DNA of 64,000 nucleotides, from NCBI GenBank assembly GCA_030704615.1, contig CM060731.1:86800001-86864000 (forward strand), read 5' to 3'. Source of the stretch: Takakia lepidozioides (lineage: Eukaryota > Plantae > Bryophyta). Below are positions 59,505 to 64,000 of this stretch, one piece after another. The translations under genes were made by a program, and so were the position numbers. Each line of letters starts with the position of its first letter. Positions within the stretch are counted from its first letter, which is position 1. The notes under the pieces are model-generated. The model searched no databases. It had not been told where the DNA came from and saw only the letters and a program-made list of their open reading frames with translations.

Positions 59505-62500
59505 TTACCCCTTCCCCTCTCAAAAAGCCATGTCCTCACGGTTTACTGATTGCGATTAGCAAACCTTTGTGAGTGAGCACCTTTCTGACGTTGAGAGTTT
59601 CGTGGCGGACTGTGTGTACGAGCCCAAGGTCTGTCACTGGTTGACGGAGATGTTTGAACACTACCCGGATAAGTGAGGCCCTCTGGAGGCTGATATCGAG
59701 GTAACCTTTCAGGCATAGGAGACCCCCGTCGCTTCTTCTCTGCCATCTGAATTGCATAGTCTTCTCCCATGTCAAAAGAATCCGCTGAAGAAACAGTTGT
59801 ATCAGAATCCTCATCGCCTCTCAGGTGTTTTAATTGTCGAACTTTTTGTGGAATCCTCTGGGGCATACAATGTTGTCCTACCATGTCTGGAAGTTTATAT
59901 TTTAAAACTTGCTGTAAACGCTGAACAGCAAAATTGGTGAAGACACTGAGCTCCTTGTTTGTCCAGGTGAGTGGGGTACCAATTACTTGTGCACCGTGCA
60001 AGTATTTCCATGCCACATGTCCCTTATAGAAAATACATCAATGCCGAATTTTGTGTTGACAAATTGTTCCAGGCTGCTTGAAACCATGAACGAATTTGAG
60101 AATCCTTTTGCATCATAACTTTTGCCTCATATAGGTACATATGAGGTGGGTCTGAAGGTAAAACCCAATGATCCCCACTGGAATAACTCAGAAAGCGCGA
60201 TTGCATCTTGTGCTGCTCAATGTGATAACGTACTAGAAAACAAGCAGCGTAGTATAACCCGCATCCCATGACAATACTTGCTACCTCCTTGGTCTTGGTA
60301 TAAATGAATCCATGTACAACTTGGAAGGCAATTAATTCCTTCAACATTGTACTTGCCTCATGCCAGTATTGTGCAAAGTGATGATCCTCAATATGTCGAT
60401 TGTTCGGAAGAACTTTAGTCCTAGTTGCCACTGGCAGCCAAATGCGCATGATTTGGTAGTAATGTGCAAATGACTGCGGAGGACTAAATTCTTTCCAAGC
60501 CAAATCCAACATGATGGGAATTTGGTTGAAGGGCATAATCATAGCCCTACTGTACTCCCTTGCAGCTGGAGTTTTAGGTGGGTTAAAAGCAGCATTGCCC
60601 CATACCTCAGGCTGTGGTGGCTGTGGTGTGGTTGTAGTAACAACAGGTTCAGCTACTGGTACAGTGACTTGTTGTGGTGTTGGTGGTATTGGCTCTTGTA
60701 TCATTGGCATCTCCTGCACCTCCTGTGAAGACTGAAAAACCAAAGTTCTGGCTTGCAAATTAGAAGCCATTAACTGTTCCTCAGGTATATAGGCTCTTTT
60801 GTCGATATTTGAAGTGAGGTCTTCCACTTGAGTCTGCAGTCCGTCTACATCCTCCTGTAACTCTGCTATCCTACTATAGACATTGTCTATAGTAGTTGTG
60901 GCAATGTTCTGCACTTGGAGTCTGAGCTCATTCATCTCGCTTTGGGTGAGCTTTCGTGGTGCTTTGCCCTCCACTGGCCCTTGTGTGCTAACCAAACCTG
61001 CATAAGGTGGTTATCCACCAAGTTGCTTGTGGTTCCTCTGAGAGTGTGCTCCTCTCTTAGTTTGTACACATCCAATTGCTGTTGTAAAGCTTCCATGCGC
61101 TTCGCATGAGGTTCAACCAAATTCGCATAGGCAGCAAGTAGATTATTGGCTTCCTTCCAAGCCTTGTTATTGACCGAGATTTCATTTCTATTGGCCATGA
61201 TCGTTTGTTGCAACTCCAGGATGTGCTTCTCTTGATCAGCTTCAATCTGCCTGTATTGCTTGAAAATATCCTCATTGCGACAGATTGTATTCTTCATGTC
61301 GACAATGAGTTTCATTTGCTCAACATTCTCTGCTTCTGCCTTCATACTTTTTTCTGCTTGACTGTTTATTTCTTTTGTAGTTTGGTCAAGCATAATTGTG
61401 AGTGTAGCACATTGTATGGCCATCCTGTCATGCAATGTCTGCAACTCCGTATGTAGTGCATTCACTTTTTGCAACTTGCTTTCATGCTGCACCTGCATTT
61501 GGTATAGCTGTTGCTTATGTGCTTCGTGCAACTGGTCTTGCGCGAGGCCTGCCTCAATCAATTGTTCCTTGGCCAATTGCAAAGCTGCTTCTGTATTCTC
61601 CAAGTCTTGCTCCATCTTGAGAGTGACCTCCTCATCGACCTTGTTTGCACACTCAGTGGCTAGTCGAGCCTCAAACTCCTTCCTGAGTTCATCTCTCAAG
61701 GCTGTCAATTGGGTAGTTGGAACATGGGATTTGACATAAGTCCCCAACAAATTAAGTGTCATGCCTATGGAACTCATCAACATTGCCTGTTGAGGGTCAT
61801 CATGGTGAGGTTGCTGCTGTTCCCCCTGATCCTCAACCGTGTGATGTCTCACGAACCAACTCAGGCCATTGTCCCACCGGATTTTCTTCCTGAACCACTT
61901 CATCCATCACCGGTGCTGCAGTGTCTTGACATTCTACCTGTGGTACCTCCGACACAGGTGTGTGTATTATATGCACCTCAGGATTTCCCTTGGGCAAATG
62001 TTGCACCTCTGGAATCTCTGTCTTAAGCTTTTAGCTTCTTCAAAGAATTCCGGCTCCAAATCAGCTCTTACTTTCACCATCCTCGGTTCCTCTTTAGTTC
62101 CCACATTCACTTCCCTCACCTGCTCATCAGTTGTGATTGTCCAACCAGTCACCACTTCATCATGTAAGCTCACAGTGGCTGGTTCCTCTAGGATTTCCAT
62201 TTCTCCTTCTCTTTCTTCATAGAAATGTGATGGGTAACTGCTGGTTTCCTCTTCAGTTGGTGTTGCTGTCACTACACCACAACAGATACCTCTTAAACAA
62301 CTTAGGCTTTCCAGCCGCATCTCTGCAACCTGCTCCCACTCTGGGTGTGCAGTAAATAGGGTAGCTTCCTGCTCCTCATCCAGTCCTCCTTTCCAGTCAT
62401 ACTCTCTGACTCCTCGAGGTCTTCTTGTAGCAGGTAATCTACTAGATTTCTTTGTGGTAATTTGTATCTCGTGTATCCCATTATGCACGGTTAGTAACTG

Positions 62501-64000
62501 AGAATTCCAGTCATGGAATACCCTGGCCTGTTTCAGCCACGGACGTCCCAATAATAAGGAGTAAGCCTCCATGACTTCATCCATCTTCAACACAGTTACT
62601 GTGATCATAAAGATCATCTTCTGTATCTGTATCTTAACTCCTCTTATTAATCCCAATGGCTTGTACACTTCTTTGATCTGCCATTGTTACTGTAAATGGG
62701 GCTGGTTTCATGTTACTTAGACCAAGCTTCTTTCTTAATTGGTCTGTCATGATATTTACTCCAGAACCTCCATCTATCAGTACATCAGTTAGTTCTGTGC
62801 TTCCAATTCTCAATTGGATTACTGGCATAGAATCATCAAAGTCCATGACTGTTCTCGCCCTTCCGGCTTCACATTATAACTGGTCACCTTGCTGTTCAGT
62901 CTGTGTTTCCTGTCTCCTGGGCAATTCGATTGATTGCTTGATACAGCCTGTGCCTACAATAAGGTGCCACAGCCAATAGCTGTCCAATGGTAATTTCTGC
63001 TTTGGTCTGGCATATTACTTCAGCCAAAGTCTCTCATTACTTTGCATGTCTGCATCTTCTTTCTTCCTTTCATCCTCACTCCCTTCTTCTTCTCCATCAG
63101 AATTGGAGGAACCTGCCATAGGAATATCAGTACTCTTCTACATTTCCCTTATGGTATCTGCCACTTCCTTGTGCGGTTCCTTCTCATCTCTCCAAGCCTC
63201 ATCTTCAGGCATATCACTGCCACCTTCATTATCATCTTCTTCCTCTATATGGAGGTATTAGTTTGGCTTTACTTCTTGTTACTATCATTGTACTTACTTC
63301 TGGTACAACACATGGCCTAACCATGTGAGCTGCCACCACTGGGCCCTCATTCACAGGAGCTCTCATCTCATTCTGGTGTCTTATCCAGAATGAACAGGCT
63401 GCCCTGCGATTGTCCTGGCTGATTACAATAGTAACATAGTCTTCACCATTGGGTCCTCGCCCTTGGTCTGTTCTTGGATTATTTCTGTAATCCTGATTCC
63501 CGGGCTGGTAATTCCCCCTTGGATTACCCTGATAGTTGCCCTCTGGAATTTCCTTGGTAATTTCCTCTTGAATGACCTCTCCCTTCCATGCCATTGTTAA
63601 ACCACCAGACCTACCATAGTGGTCTTGATCATTGTTTCTTCTTGGCTGGGGCTGCACCTGATGCACCCTTACTTGCCTAGGTTCTCTTGCAGCTGTCCTT
63701 CTGTTGTAGTAACAATTCTCAGTAGAATGGTTATCCATTTTACAGATAGTACAGTGTTTCTCCTTCATGTGGCATTCTCTGGTGGTATGGCCTTCATTCT
63801 GGCACTTTGCACACCATACACCCTTCCTCCAATGTGTTGCAGCCTCTGTGGCATACTTCTTCAAGATTTCTTCCAATTTTTTTTCATAGTTATCCCTCTT
63901 CAACTTCTCATTTCTCTTACTCTTCCTTTCTAGTTCTTGCTCTTCTTCTTCATCTGACTCATCCTCAGAGTCCTCATCATCCTTTCTCTTCCTGAGCATT
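59505..64000 (-). mobile_element. Gypsy internal region G3 with a large internal deletion, continues beyond window
   Basis: Extra ORF 59543-62023 is joined directly to pre-RT pol. Protease VLIDGGSGVNIM at ~62750-62790 and gag zinc knuckles at ~63700-63820. RT, RH and INT are missing. Confidence 0.9.

Noticed and set aside
62022-62027. CTTAAG at two deletion junctions (also ~11617) as a TTAA-element footprint
   Set aside because: Most bases come from the parental sequences, and two cases are compatible with chance.

Overview
Eukaryotic, almost certainly plant (probably non-seed-plant) heterochromatin made entirely of nested transposons; no host gene, RNA gene or CRISPR array is supported. Components: a CACTA/En-Spm Tnp2 fragment, two Ty3/gypsy families (one as a tandem LTR-internal-LTR-internal array around a 500-N gap) and four copies (A, B, C, D; three subfamilies) of an unusual Mutator-like (MULE) DNA transposon. 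Copy C (41944-56131, 14188 bp) is complete, with TIRs and a 9-bp TSD (CCATTGTTA); its empty site is visible in sister retroelement copies. It carries two divergent spliced genes: a GCM-type/DDE/SWIM transposase, and a ~1490-aa protein fusing a ParB/sulfiredoxin-like domain (DGNHR) to a beta-class amino-DNA-methyltransferase-like domain (DIPD ... ILDLTCGTG). Between the genes, in introns and near the ends are arrays of a 22-bp palindrome. The palindrome is subfamily-specific, differing by a compensatory change (GGAAATGCGGCGCCGCATTTCC in A/D, GGAAATTCGGCGCCGAATTTCC in C). Its spacings cluster at whole helical turns (~42, 53, 64, 74, 84, 95 bp; 32 bp for a second motif). The working hypothesis, which is inference and untested, is a transposon-encoded ParB/parS-like self-recognition and DNA-modification or anti-silencing system. 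Domain calls come from motif reading by eye, not database searches. Many frameshifts look like single-base consensus errors.
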